From NCBI RefSeq assembly GCF_009914755.1, contig NC_060925.1: a stretch of 64,000 nt of DNA. One strand, 5' to 3'. This DNA is from the human T2T-CHM13v2.0 reference genome, Homo sapiens. A program made the translations under genes and the position numbers. Below, piece by piece: positions 1-15,604 of this stretch. Under the pieces are notes generated by a model. That model saw only the letters and a program-made list of their open reading frames with translations, ran no database searches and was not told the origin of the DNA. Position 1 is the first letter of the stretch. Each line of letters begins with the position of its first letter.

Positions 1-1114
1 AGGGTAGAGAACAAGAGTCTCTGCCTGGTAATCCAAAGAATTCTTCTAGATCTTGTTCAAGGTGGTAACTCCATGAGTCTATAAGAACCACAGCATTACT
101 AGGCTTGGGGTGCCCTCCAAAGCAGATAGAACTTAGATCACAATGCCCAAGTCCTTTCAAATATCTGGAAAGCCTTCTGAAGAAGGACAGATAATAAAAG
201 CCCAGACAGTGAAGACTACAATAAATTCCTAACTTTTCAATGCCCAGACACAGATGAACATCTACAAGTATCAAGATAATCCAGGAAAACATGGCCTCAT
301 CAAATGAATTAATAAGGCACTAGGGACCCAATCTTGGAGAAACAGAGACAGGTGACCTTTCAGACAGATAATTCAAAATAGCTCTTTTAAGGAAACTCAA
401 AGAAATTCAAGATAAGACAGAAAATTCAAAATTCTATCAGATAAATTTAACAGAGATTGACATAATTAAAAAGAATCTAAAAGAAATTCTGGAGCTGAAA
501 AATGCAATTGGCATAAGGAAGAATGTATCAGAGTCTCTTAATGGCAGAAATGATCAAGCAGAAGAAAGAATTAGTGAGCTCCAAGACAGGCTATTTAAAA
601 ATACACAGTCAGAGAAGACAAAAGAATAAAGAATAAAAAACAATGAGGCATGCCTACAGGATCCAGGAAATAGCCTCAAAATGGCAAATTTAAGAGTAAT
701 TTGCCTTAAGAAGGAGGAAGAAAAAGAGATAGGAGTAGAAAGTTATTCAAAGGGAAATAACAAAGAACTTCCCAAGCTTAGAGAAAGATATCAATATCCA
801 AATACAAGAAGGTTATATAGGACACCAAGCAGATTTAATCCAAAGAAGACTACCTCAAGGCATTTAATAATCAAACTCCTAAAGATCAAGGTTAAAGAAT
901 GGATCCTAAAAGCAGCAAGATAAAAAAAACAAATAACATACAATGAAGCATCAATACATCTGGCAGTAGACTTTTCAGTGGAAACCTTAAAGGCCAAGAG
1001 TGAGGGGCATGACATATTGAAAGTGCTGAAGGAGAAAAACTTTTATTCTAGAATAGTATGTCTGGTGAAAACATTCTTCAAACATGAAAAAGAAATAAAG
1101 ATTTTCCCAGACAA

Positions 1115-1480
<366 letters not shown>

Positions 1481-3371
1481 TCAATCAGAAAGAAAAGGAC
1501 ATTAATGAGCAATAAGTAATCACCTGAAGGTACAAAACTCACTGGTATCAGAAAGTACACAGAAAAACAAAAAATATTATAACCCTGTAACTGCCTTGTG
1601 TAAACTACTCTTATCCTAAGTAGAAAAATTAAATGGCAAACCAATAAAAAATAATAACTACAACAACTTTTCAAGACATAGACAGTACAATAAGATATAA
1701 ACAACAAAAAGTTTAATAGTTGGGGAGACGATGTTAAGGCATAGAGTTTTTGTTAGTTATTTTTTTTTGCTTGTTTGTTTATGCAAATAGGGTTAGGTTG
1801 TTATCAGCTCAAAATAATGGTTTATAAGATAGTATTTACAAGCCTCATGGTAACCTCAAACCAAAAAATATACAACAGATACACAAAAAGTAGAGCAAGA
1901 AACTAAATCATATCACCAGAGAAAATCACCTTCATTAAAGGAAGACAAGAAAGAAGGAGAGAAAGAAGACCACAAAACAATCAGAAAATAAATAACAAAG
2001 TGGCAAGAGTAGGTCCTTAATTATCAATAATAACATTGATGTAAATGGACTAAACTCTCCAATCAAAAGACATAGACTGGCTAAATGGATGAAAAAAAAC
2101 CCACTGATCTGTTGCCTACAAAAAATACACTTCACCTATAAAGACACACATAGACTGAAAATAAAGGGATGGAGAAAGAAATTCCATGCCAATGGAAACC
2201 AAAAAAGAGCAGGAGTAGCTATGCTTTTGTCAGACAAAACAGATTTTAAGACAACAACTATAAGAAGAGACAAAAAAGTTCACTATATAATGATAAAGGG
2301 GTCAATTCAGCAAGAGGATATAAGAATTTTAAATATATATGTACCCAACATTGGAGCACCCAGATATATAAAGCAAATATTATTAGAGCTAATAAGAGAG
2401 ATAGGCCCCAATAAAATAACAGCTGGAGACTTAAACACCCCACTTTCAGCATTAGATAGATCTTCCAGACAGAAAATCAACAAAGAAATACTGGACTTAA
2501 TCTGCACTATAGACTGCATGGATCTAATACATATTTACAGGACACTTCATCCAGTGGCTACAGAATACACATTCTTTTCCTCAGCACATGGATCATTCTC
2601 AAGGACAGACCATATATTAAGTCACAAGACAAGTCTTAAAACATTAACAAAATTGAAATAATATCAAGTATCTTTTCTAACCACAACAGAATAAAACTAC
2701 AAATAACAAAAGGAATTTTGGAAACTATACAAATGTATGGAAATTAAATAAAATGCTCCTGAATGACCAGTGGGTCAATAAAGAAATTAAGAAAGAAATT
2801 TAAAAATTTCTTGAAACAAATGATAATGGAAACACAACCTACCAAAATCTAAGAGATACAGCAAAAGCAGTACTAAAAGAGAATTTTATAGCTTTAACTG
2901 CCTACTTCAAAAAAAAGGAAAAACTTCAAATAAACAATCTAATGATACATCTTATAGAACTAGAAAAGCAAGAGCAAACGAAACCCAAAATTAGTAGAAA
3001 CATAAATAAAGATCAGAGCAGAAATAAATGAAACTGAAATAAAGAAATACAAAAGATCAATGAAAAAGTTGGTTTTTCAAAAAGCTAAAAAAAATTGACA
3101 AAACTTTAGCCAGAGAGAAGATCCAATAAATAAAATCAGAAATGAAAAAGGAGACATTACAACTGATACTACAGAAATTCACATCATTCTTGGATACTAT
3201 GAGCAACTATATACCAATAAATTGGAAAATATAGAAGAAATGGACACACACAACCTACCAAGATTGAACCAGGATGAAATCCAAAACCTGAATAGACCAA
3301 TAACAAGTAATGAGATCGAAGCTGTAACAGGAAGTCTCCCAGCAAAGAAAAGCCCAGGACCTGATGGTTTC

Positions 3372-3848
3372 TGTATTAGTCAGGTTCTCTAGAGGGACAG
3401 AACTAATGGAATGTATATGTGTATAAATATATATATACACACACACACATATACATATATACATATATAATACATATATTAAGTATTAACTCACATGATC
3501 ACAAGGTCCCACAATAAGCCATCTGCAGGTTGAGGAGCAAGGAGAGCCAGTCCGAGTTCTAAAACTGAAGAACTTGGAGTCTGATGTTTGAGGGCTGCAA
3601 GCATCCAGCATGGGAGAAAGACATAGGGTGGAAGACTAGGCCAGTCTCTCTTTTCACATTTTTCTGCCTGCTTATTCTAGCCCAGCTGGCAGCTGATTAG
3701 ATTGTGTCCACCCAGAATAAGGGTGGGTCTGCCTTTCCCAGCCCACTGACTCAAATGTTAATCTCCTTAACACCCTCACAGACACACCCAGGATCAATAC
3801 TTTGTATCCTTCAATCCAATCAAGTTGACACTCATATTAACCATCACA
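3372..3848 (-). mobile_element. MLT2A (MLT2A1/2, HERV-L) solo LTR inside L1
   Basis: The minus strand begins TGTGATGGTTAATATGAGTGTCAACTTGATTGG and ends with CA. Internal TA/CA microsatellite; 5-bp TSD gtttc/gcttc. Confidence 0.85.
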
Positions 3849-6800
3849 GCTTCACTGTTGAATTCTACCAAATGTTTAAAGAAGAACTAATACCAATCCT
3901 ACTCAAACTTTTCTGAAAAATAGAAGAGGAAACAATGCTTCCAAACTCATCCTATGAGGCCAGTATTACCCTGATATCAAAACCAGACAAAGACACATAA
4001 AAAAAATTACAGGCCAATATCTCTAATGAATATTAATGCAAAACTCCTCAACTAAAATACTAGCAAACCAAATTCAACAACACATTAGAAAGATCATTCA
4101 TCATGACCAAGTGGGATTTATCCCTGGGATGCAAGGATGGTTCAACATATGCAAATCAATCAATGTGATGCATCATATTAACAGAATGAAAAATAAAAAC
4201 AATATGATCATTTCAATTGATGCTGAAAAAGCATTTGATAAAATTCAACATTGCTTCATGATAAAAACCCTTAATAAACTGGATATAGAAGGAATATACC
4301 TCAACATAATAAGAACCATATACAGCATACCCACAGCTAGTATCATACTGAATGGGGAAAAACTGAAAGCCTTTCCTCTCAGATCTGGAACACAACAAAG
4401 ATGCCTACTGTCACCACTGTTATTCAACATAGTACTGGAAGTTCTAGCTAGAGCAATCAGATAAGAGAAAGATATAAAGGGTATCCAAATTGGAAAGGAA
4501 GAAGTCATATTATCCTTGTTTGTAGATGAGATGATCTTATATTTGGAAAAAAACTAAAGACTCCACTAAAAAACAGTTAGAACTGATAAACAATTTTAGT
4601 AAAGTTGCAGGACACAATATCAACATACAAAAATCAGTAGCATTTCTATGTGCAAGAGTAAGCAATCTGAAAAAGAAAATTAAAAAGTACTCCCATTTAC
4701 AATAGCCACAAATAAAATACCTAGAAATTAACTCATCCAAAGAAGTGAAAGATCTCTATAATGAAAACTATAAAACACTGATGAAAGAAATTGAAGAGGA
4801 CACCAAAAATGGAGAAATTTCATGTTCATAAATTGGAAGAATCAATAGTGTTAAAACGTCCACACTCCAAAGGAATCTACAGACTCAATGCAATCCCTAT
4901 CAAAATATCCACGACATTCTTCATAGAAATAGAAAAAAAACCCTAAAATTGATATGGAACCACAAAGAACCCAGAATAGTCAAAGCTATCCTCAGCAAAA
5001 AGAACACAACTGGAGGAATCACATTATCTGACTTCAAAATATACCACATAGCTTTACTAACCAAAACAGCATGGTATTACACAGATACAAAACACAAAAA
5101 CAGATACACAGACCAATGGAATGGAATAGAGAACCCAGAAACAAATCCACACACCTACAGTGAACTCATTTTTGACAAAGGTGACAAGAACATAAACTGG
5201 GGAAAAGGCAGTCTCTTAAATAAATGGTGTTGGGGAAACTGGATATCCATATGCAAAAGAATGAAACTAAACCCCTATCTATCACCATATACAAAAATCA
5301 AATCAAAATGGATTAAAGACTTTAAGACCTCAAACTATGAAACTACTACAAGAAAACACTGGGGAAAATCTCCAGGACAAAAATTTACTGAGCAATACCC
5401 CACAAGCACAGATCCAAAGCAAACATGAACGAATGGGACCAAATCAAGTTTAAAAGCTTCTGCACAGCAAAGGAAACAATCAACAAAGTGAAAAGACAAC
5501 CCATAGAAAGGGAGAAGATATTTGCAAACTGGAGATTAACAGCCAGAACATATAAGGAGTTCAAACAATTCTATAAAAAATAACCTAATAATCTGGTTAT
5601 GGCAAAATGGGCAAAAGACTTGAATAGACTCGTTATGTCTCAAAAGAAGACATACAAATCACAAACAGGGATATGAAAAGGTGCTCAACATCACTGATCA
5701 CTAGAGAAACGCAAATCAAAACTACAATGAGATATCATCTCACCCCAGTTAAAATGGCTTTTATCCAAAAGACAGGCAATAACAAACACTGGTGAGGATG
5801 TTGAGAAAAGGGAACCCTCATACACTGTTGGTGGGACTGTAAATTAGTACAACCACTATGGAGAACAGTTTGGAGGTTCCTCAAAAAACTAAAAATAGAG
5901 CTACCATATGATCTAGCAATCCCACTGCTGGGTATATGCCAAAAATAAAGGAAATCAGTAATATCGAAGAGATATCTGCACTCTCATGTTTGTTGCAGAC
6001 CAGATCACAATAGCTAAGATTTGGAAGCAATCTGTATGTCCATCAGCAGAAGAATGGATAAAGAAAATGTGGTACATACACACAATGGAGTACTATTCAG
6101 CCATAAAAAATGAGATCCTGTCATTTGCAACAACATGGATGGAACTGGCGATCATTATGTTAAGTAAAATAAGCCAGGCACAGAAAGGCAAATACCGTAT
6201 GTTCTCACTTATTTGTGTGATCTAAAAATCAAAACAATTAAATTCATGGACAGAGAGAGTAGAAGGATGGTTACCAGCGGCTGGGAAGAATAGTGTGGCA
6301 GAGAGGTGGGGGATAAAGGGGCAGTAGGGATGGGTTAATGGGTACAAAGAGAAAGAATGAATAAGACCTAGTATTTGATAGCACTCCAAGGTGACTACAG
6401 TGAATAATAATTGTACATTTAAAAATAATTAAAGAGTATAATTGGACTGTCTGTAACACAAAGGATAAATGCTTGAGGGAATGAATACCCCATTTTCCAT
6501 GATGTGATTATAATGCATTACATGCCTGTATCAAAACGTCTGATGTATCCCATAAATATTACATCTACAATGTACCCACAAAATTAAAAATAAAAGATAA
6601 AATATTCTTGCAAAAAATTACGTTTATTGTAAAACTAATGTAAGCCTAAATTAATATCAAAAAATAGGAGAGCTAACACTCTAAATGTTGTTAGCCATGG
6701 GTTTTTTTTTTTTTTTAAAAAAAGATGAAAAGTGTATCTGATTTGAAAAGAAGCTGGGGTGGGGGGAAGCAGATTTATCAAGAAAACAATTTAAAATATT

Positions 6801-6919
6801 GGTTAAATCTACTACTGCTAAATGAGGTGCATGGCTCTAAATATATAGTACCATAAGATATTTGCTAATGACACTATGAAGTCATAACATAAAGTTGCTG
6901 CATTTGGCAATTCATTTTT

Positions 6920-7065
6920 TTATTTTAATTTTTTAAAATAAAAAAATAGAGATGGGGTCTCACTATGTTGGCCAGGTTGGTCTTGAACTCCTGGCCTCAA
7001 GCAAGCCTCCGGCCTTGGCCTCCCAAAATGCTAGGATTACAGGCAATGAGCCACCATGTCCAGCC
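6920..7065 (-). mobile_element. FLAM/Alu monomer
   Basis: Left-monomer sequence with TSD tggcaattcattttt. Confidence 0.85.
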
Positions 7066-7271
7066 TGGCAATTCATTTTTAATATCCTCATCTATCCCAT
7101 GCCTTAAAATGTTCATTTTATCTGTTTCATAATATACATATGGTTCAGCATATGATATGTAAATGAATACGTATTTAGAGAGGGTAAATGTTCTTTCAAC
7201 TGTTGGGAACAAGTTATAAAAAATATTTGGAACTACTTCCTTATTGTTTCAGAGCTCCAACCACCCCTTAG

Positions 7272-7643
<372 letters not shown>

Positions 7644-7883
7644 AAGAATTTTTTTTTTTTAATTCACAAGTATATCTTACCAGTCTCAGGGGATGGGGCA
7701 GGGTAGGCAGGGCAAATCACTTCCCAAATCTATCCTTCATTTTTATCCTCATCACAGTGAGTGGTAAGCCAGCCTCCCAGGTCTCCACACCAGCAACCCA
7801 AATCTGTGTGGCTCTGCACAATCTGGTCTCACCTAACTCCCCACCACCTTTATTTCCCCCAAATTTAATAATGTACACAACTG

Positions 7884-8192
7884 TATTTTTGTTTTTCTTT
7901 TTCTTTTTTTGAGATAGGATCTCACTCTGTCACCCAGGTGGGATTGCAGTGATGCAATCATGGCTCATTGCAGCCTTAACATCCTGAGCTCAAGCAATCC
8001 TTCTGCCTCACTTCCAGAGCAGCTGGGACCATAGGTGTATGCTGCCATGCCCAGCTTATTTTTTATTTTTTTGTAGAGATAGGGTCTTGCCACGTTGCCC
8101 AGACTGGTCTCAAACTCCTGGATGCAGATGATCCTTCCCCCTGGCCTCCCAAAGTGCTGGGATTACAGGTGTGTGAGACACTGCGCCTGGCC
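7884..8192 (-). mobile_element. AluJ
   Basis: Diverged Alu dimer with TSD-like tgtacaYaa. Confidence 0.88.
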
Positions 8193-8249
8193 TGTACATA
8201 ATTTTAAATGAATTATTAATAAACCCCACCTCCGATTTCTGTTCCTTAG

Positions 8250-8615
<366 letters not shown>

Positions 8616-9337
8616 TAATACTTATGCCACTATTTTCTCATTTTAGGTATTATCAATTTGAATCCTCCCTTGGAAAATATGGATTTAGCTCTTATATCTG
8701 CTCCCCAACATACATTTCACCTCCCTACTCATCTTCCCAACCAAGTTTTAATGCAAATTTTGGATAAATTAACATTAGATTTTATGAAGTGAATATGTAA
8801 AAATTCTTCAGAGTTGAGCTATTAACATACTGTAATGTTATATTCTTCATCATTCCAACTATTTTCCTGGAATTAACTGCCCTTTTCCCCATTTGTTTAG
8901 TTTTCTGCATACCAACTATAACTTTATCACCAAACTCTGGCTGAATCTGACAGCACCCTTAAATACACACAAGCCAGGTACCCTGTCAATTCCTTTCTTC
9001 CACAGAGATACATCAATGCTTTTTGCACAATCCTTTTGCTCAAATCTACCTGGTTGCTTTCTAATCACTTTTCAAGGCCATAACTTTGGGAACTCCTTCA
9101 CCACCTTCCTAAATTGGAATCCCCATCTCTTGGATCCCATGTCTGCTTCTTTCTTTACTCTCTCATTTTGTGGAGAATATTCTTCAATCCCTTCCTGGGA
9201 AAGGAAGCCTGAAAAGTAAATTGTTAAGACTTCCTGTGACAGACACTACTAGTTGCCTGCACAGTATCCATTCCTCTCTTCCTGTTTTGTTGAAAGCAAG
9301 CAATATATTAATACCAAAGGATAAAATAACTCAATAT

Positions 9338-9643
9338 GGCCAAATGTGGTGGTTCTTGCCTGTAATCCTAGCACTTTGGGAGGCCAAGGCGGTGGATCAC
9401 TTGAGCTCAGGAGTTTGAGAACAGCCTGGGCAACATGGCAAAACCCGTCTGTACTAAAAATACAAAAAGTTTGCTGGGCATGCTGGCTCGTGCCTGTAGT
9501 CCCAGCTACTTGGGAGGCTGAGGTGGGAGGATTGCTCAAGTCCAGGGAGGTCGAGGCTGCAGTGAGCCGTGATCACACCAGTGTACTCCAGTCTGCAACA
9601 GAGCAAGACCCTGTCTCAAAGAAAAATTGAAATAAAATTAAAA
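9338..9643 (+). mobile_element. AluJ
   Basis: Diverged Alu dimer with an A-rich tail. Confidence 0.88.
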
Positions 9644-10882
9644 ATGTGTGACATTTTGGCAAACAGCCATCCTAGTCCATACATTCAAGAAACTTCTACA
9701 TGGTCATATTATCAAAATGAGGAAAAAAAAAAAAGTAAAGCCATCTGATGGAACGAACCCAGCATTTACCTCCTCAAGCTGACTTTGTGGTACAGATTCT
9801 CTAGAACAAACACTGGGTTCCCATTTCTATTACTCCATTAAAATGCTCAGGGTAAACCATCTCTTGCTATAGATTCTAATAAACACTTTTCAGGCTTATT
9901 GGCTCAGCAGCATTTGATACAGCTGACCACTACCTCCTTGGGACAACCTCTTCTGTCAGTTTCCAGGACACCCCCCTCCTCTTGATGTCAGAGTGCCTTG
10001 GGGCACAGTATGGGTTCTTCTAGTCTCTATCTTCTGTTCTAAAACAGCTTGTCCAATCCTATGACTTTAAATACTCTCTACATAATGTGGGTTTCCATAT
10101 TTGCATCTCCAGCAAATCTCTCTCTTGAGCAGACTTCCTTATCCAACCCTTTTTATGAAACTCCACCCACAGGTCTAATTGGTCTCTCAAACCTGCCCTC
10201 CACCTGCTCCTCCACCCATCTGCTCAAAGCAGTGATCTGTACACACTTATTCAAATGCTTCAGCTGCTGACCAAGCTGAGAATCAAATAAAGAACTCAAC
10301 CCCTTTCACAACAGCTGCAAAAAAAACCAAAATTTAAAATTAGGAATACACTTAACCAAGGAGGTGAAAGACCTCTACAAGGAAACCTACCAAACACTGC
10401 TAAAAGAAATCATAGATGACACAAACAAATGGAAACACATCCCACGCTCATGGATGGGTAGAATCAATATTGTGAAAATGACCATACTGCCAAAAGCAAT
10501 CTACAAGTCCAATGCAATTCCCATCAAAATACCACCACCATTCTTCACAGAACTAGGAAAAAAAATCCTAAAATTCATATGGAACCAAAAAAGAGCCTGC
10601 ATAGCTGAAGCAAGACTAAGCAAAAAGAACAAATCTGGAGGCATCACATTACCTGACTTCAAACTATACTCTAAGGCCACAGTCACCAAAACAGCATGGT
10701 ACTGATATAAAAACAGGCATACAAACCAATGGAACAGAATAGAGAACCCAGAAATAAAGCCAAATACTTACAGCCAACTAATCTTCGACAAAGCAAACAA
10801 AACCATAAAGTGGGGAAAGGATACCCTATTCAACAAATGGTGCTGGAATAATTGGCAGGCCACATGTAGAAGAATAAAACTG

Positions 10883-11185
<303 letters not shown>

Positions 11186-11787
11186 GCTTCTGCACAGCAA
11201 AAGAAACAATCAGCAGAATAGACAACCCAATGAGTGAGAGAAAATCTCACAATCTATACATCTGACAAAGGACTAATATCCAGAATCTACAAGGAACTCA
11301 AATCAGCAAGAAAAAAAAATAATCCCATCAAAACGTGGGCTAAAGACATGAATAGACAATTCTCAAAAGAAGATATACAAATAGCCAACAGACATACGAA
11401 AAAATGCTCAACATCACTAATGATGAGGGAAATGCAAATCAAAACCACAATGTGATACCACCTCACTCCTGCAAGAATAACCATAATCAAAAAATCAAAA
11501 AATAGATGTTGGCGGGGATGGGGTGAAAAGGCAACACTTTTAAACTGCTGATGGGAATGTAAACTCATACAACCACTGAAAACAATGTGGAGATTCCTTA
11601 AAGGACTAAAAGTAGAACTACTATTTGATCCAGCAAGCCCACTACTGGGTATCTACCCAGAAGAAAAGAAGTCGTTATATGAAAAAGATACTTGTACACG
11701 CATGTTTATAGCAGCACAATTTGTAACTGCAAAAATATAAAACCAGCCCAGATGCTCATCAATCAATGAATGGATAAAGAAAAGGTG

Positions 11788-11800
11788 ATATATATAGGCA

Positions 11801-11839
<39 letters not shown>

Positions 11840-12375
11840 ATGGCATATATATACAGCTATATAGATATGTATATAGATATACATATAGATGTATATATAT
11901 CTATATACATATGCCATGTAGATACATATACATCTATATGTATATAGATATATAGATATATGTATATAGATATATGTAGATATATATCCATATATTTATA
12001 TAGATATATACATATGTATATAGATATATTTATATATGTATATACCTATATACGTATATAGGTATATACATATATACATATATGTATATATAGATATATA
12101 TACATATATACATATGTATATACCTATATACGTATATAGGTATATACATATGTATATATGTATACATCTATGTATACATAGATGTATACATCTATGTATA
12201 CATAGATGTATACATCTATGTATACATAGATGTATACATCTATGTATACATATGTATATAGATGTATATCAATCTATATATACATATGTATATATGTATA
12301 TAGAAATATATACATACATATGTATATATGTATATAGATATATAGATGTATAGATGTATATAGATTATATATACA
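11788..12375. repeat. Complex AT-rich microsatellite/minisatellite with (TATC)n and self-complementary units
   Basis: TA/TATC/TACA runs; ATGTATACAT x8 with alternating CT/AG spacers at 12158-12251. Confidence 0.95.
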
Positions 12376-12861
12376 CCATTGAATGCTACTCAGCTATAAA
12401 AAGGAACAAAATAATGGCATTTGCAGCAACCTGGATGGATCTGGAGATCATTATTCTAAGTGAAGTAACTCAGGAATGGAAAAACAAACATCATATATTC
12501 TCACTTATAGGTGTGAGCTAAGCTGTGAGGATGCAAAGGCATAAGAATGATACAATGGACTTTGGCGACTCGGGAAAGGGTTGGAATGGCGTAAAAGATA
12601 AAAGAATACAGACTGGGTACAGTGTACACTGCTTGGGTGATGGGTGCACAAAAATTTCAGAAATCACCACTAAAGAACTTATTCATGTAACCAAATGCCA
12701 CCTGTTCCCTAAAAACTACTGAAATAATTTTTTTAAAAGAAATGCATTGCTATTAGTATTTTTAAAAAATGCTTCAGTTGGAATCCTTAGTGCAATCAGT
12801 GGCCCAGCTGCAATCCTTAGTCCATTCTCCATCTTGGGTGCACAGCAGAATCATCTGAGGA

Positions 12862-13011
12862 TTTTTTTTTAATTTTAATTTTTGCTTTTTTAAATGGAGA
12901 CAGGTTTTGCTATGTTGCACAGGCTGGTCTTGAACTCTTGGACTCAAGCAATCCTCCCACCTCGGCCTCCCAAAGTGCTGTGATTACAGGTGTGAGCCAC
13001 TGTGTCCAGCC
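12862..13011 (-). mobile_element. FLAM_C inserted into a MER5 hAT fragment (~12820-13145)
   Basis: Alu monomer with TSD ctgaggattttt; the flanks carry MER5 motifs (caggtgattctaatgtg). Confidence 0.8.
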
Positions 13012-13189
13012 CACCTGAGGATTTTTAAAATATTTCAGCGCTTGCCTCTCAGCCCCAAGACATTCTGATTTAATTAGTAGGATGACTGAACTGGGCATCA
13101 AGATTTTTATAAGTTACTCAGGTGATTCTAATGTGTAGCAAAGTATACTTTGCTCTAAAGTATACTGCTCTAAAGTATACTTTGAGTTC

Positions 13190-13868
13190 CCTTTGTATTC
13201 AATTCTCACATTCAATTTATCAAGTTTTCCTTCAAAACCACAAGGAGTGGTCCCCATCACTGTCTATGCACTGCAGCCTCCCTGGTCCAAGCACTGTCAT
13301 CTCTTACCCAACTGCAATAGCCTCCCAATTCTTCACATAGTGGCCAGAGGGGTAATTTTAAAAGCATAAGTCAGATATCACTTCTTTGTTTAAAACCCTT
13401 TAGGGGCTTTCCCCTTCTCTCAGAGTAAAATCCAAACCTCCTACAACTGCTAAAAGACTCCTGCCCACTCCTCCCATACCCTCTTCCCCTTCCTCACTAC
13501 ACAATGACTTCCTTCCTGGGTGTGGACAGTCCCCGCTCTGCACATTTCACTCACCATTTCATCCACCCTACTGCTGTTCCCCCAGCTCTTTGTGTGTCTG
13601 GTTTCTTCCTGTCACCCTTCATCTCTCAGCACAAATGACACCTCGGTAGAGAGGGCTCTCTGGCCACTCTATTAATGTGGCCTTCCCCACTGCCTCTATC
13701 ATCACTTTATTTCCTTCATAATTGCAATCACAATCTTTATTGGTCTCCCCTACAATGGACTTCATGAAGGGTGGGTCTTGTTTATAACCATATAGCCCAG
13801 CATACAGCATAGTATCTAACACATAATAGGTGTTCAATGAAAATCTGTTGGAAAAAACAAATGAATCA
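13190..13868 (+). mobile_element. L2 3' fragment
   Basis: Typical L2 3' end (acataataggtgttcaatgaaaatctgttg...aatgaatcaat). Confidence 0.7.
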
Positions 13869-14674
13869 ATAATGAGACATCAATCTTGACTACACGAACT
13901 TTTCCTTGGTTAATATCTTTTGTGATCAAATAATAATAACAACAATATTAATAACATGATAAAAATAATAGAAAGTCTAAAATATTAGTATTAAAAAGTG
14001 AATTAAAAATATATTTAAAAGTAAGTCTTACTTAGTCAAGATACATTAGCAAGTTGTAGGTAATTTAGTTGCCTGGTTTGCTGATGATAGAAACCCTACT
14101 TTGTTTTACTCATTATTCCTAGTCTTTCCAAAGAATAAATTATTCAATGAGTTGTTATTAAAATAATTTGCTATCCATTTGGGAAAGAGAAAGAGTATTC
14201 TCTCAAACTGAGTGCAAAAATAAAATTTAGACATATTTTTAAAACAAAATTGATAGTAGTATAATATATAGGATTTTTAAAATAATTTAACATGCCTTTT
14301 TAAGTACAAAAAAATTTAGAAGATGTAAAAATGACTGAAAGATCTTAACATAAAAATTTAAGACTTCAAAAAGTTAAAAGACAAAGAGATTTGGAGAAAA
14401 ATGTGCAATATATTTACACAGGCAAAAGTTAACTATCTATTGTGATCTGTAAAGAGCTCCAGACTATTAAGAAAAAGACAATCCAATGTAATAGGCAATG
14501 AATCTGAACAAGCCAGTGAACATTGAACAATAAAAATTTACTAACAATCAGGTTGGTAAAAACCTATCTTAATTTTTATTTATGAGGAATGATTTTCAAA
14601 CTATTAAAAGAAATGTAAATTTGGATTGGCACTTGGGCAGTATCTATAAAAGTGACTTAAGAATCAAACTTCTG

Positions 14675-15113
<439 letters not shown>

Positions 15114-15272
15114 GAATCAAACTTCTATGGATTTATAATACAAATTTTAAAATAATGAGTTAGTTATAGAAATGTTAATTGCGGCCCTATTCGTACCTTT
15201 GCACTGACTTGAAGATGTCTATAACATATTGTAATTTTTTTAAAGTTACAGAATAGATATAGTGAGATCTCA

Positions 15273-15604
<332 letters not shown>

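Noticed and set aside
2089-5428. L1 ORF2 fragments as an active element or novel gene
   Set aside because: Multiple stops and frameshifts plus Alu and LTR interruptions show a dead L1MA.
12158-12251. Regular repeat-spacer pattern resembling a CRISPR array
   Set aside because: The spacers are 2 nt and alternate, the context is eukaryotic and there are no cas genes; this is a minisatellite.
11770-12353. Tyr/Ile/His-rich ORFs (also 30956-31495)
   Set aside because: They are translations of TA/CA microsatellites.
13140-13183. Small tandem duplication around aaagtatact(tt)gctct, and a similar 17-bp duplication at ~57674-57707
   Set aside because: Ordinary slippage duplications with no functional cue.
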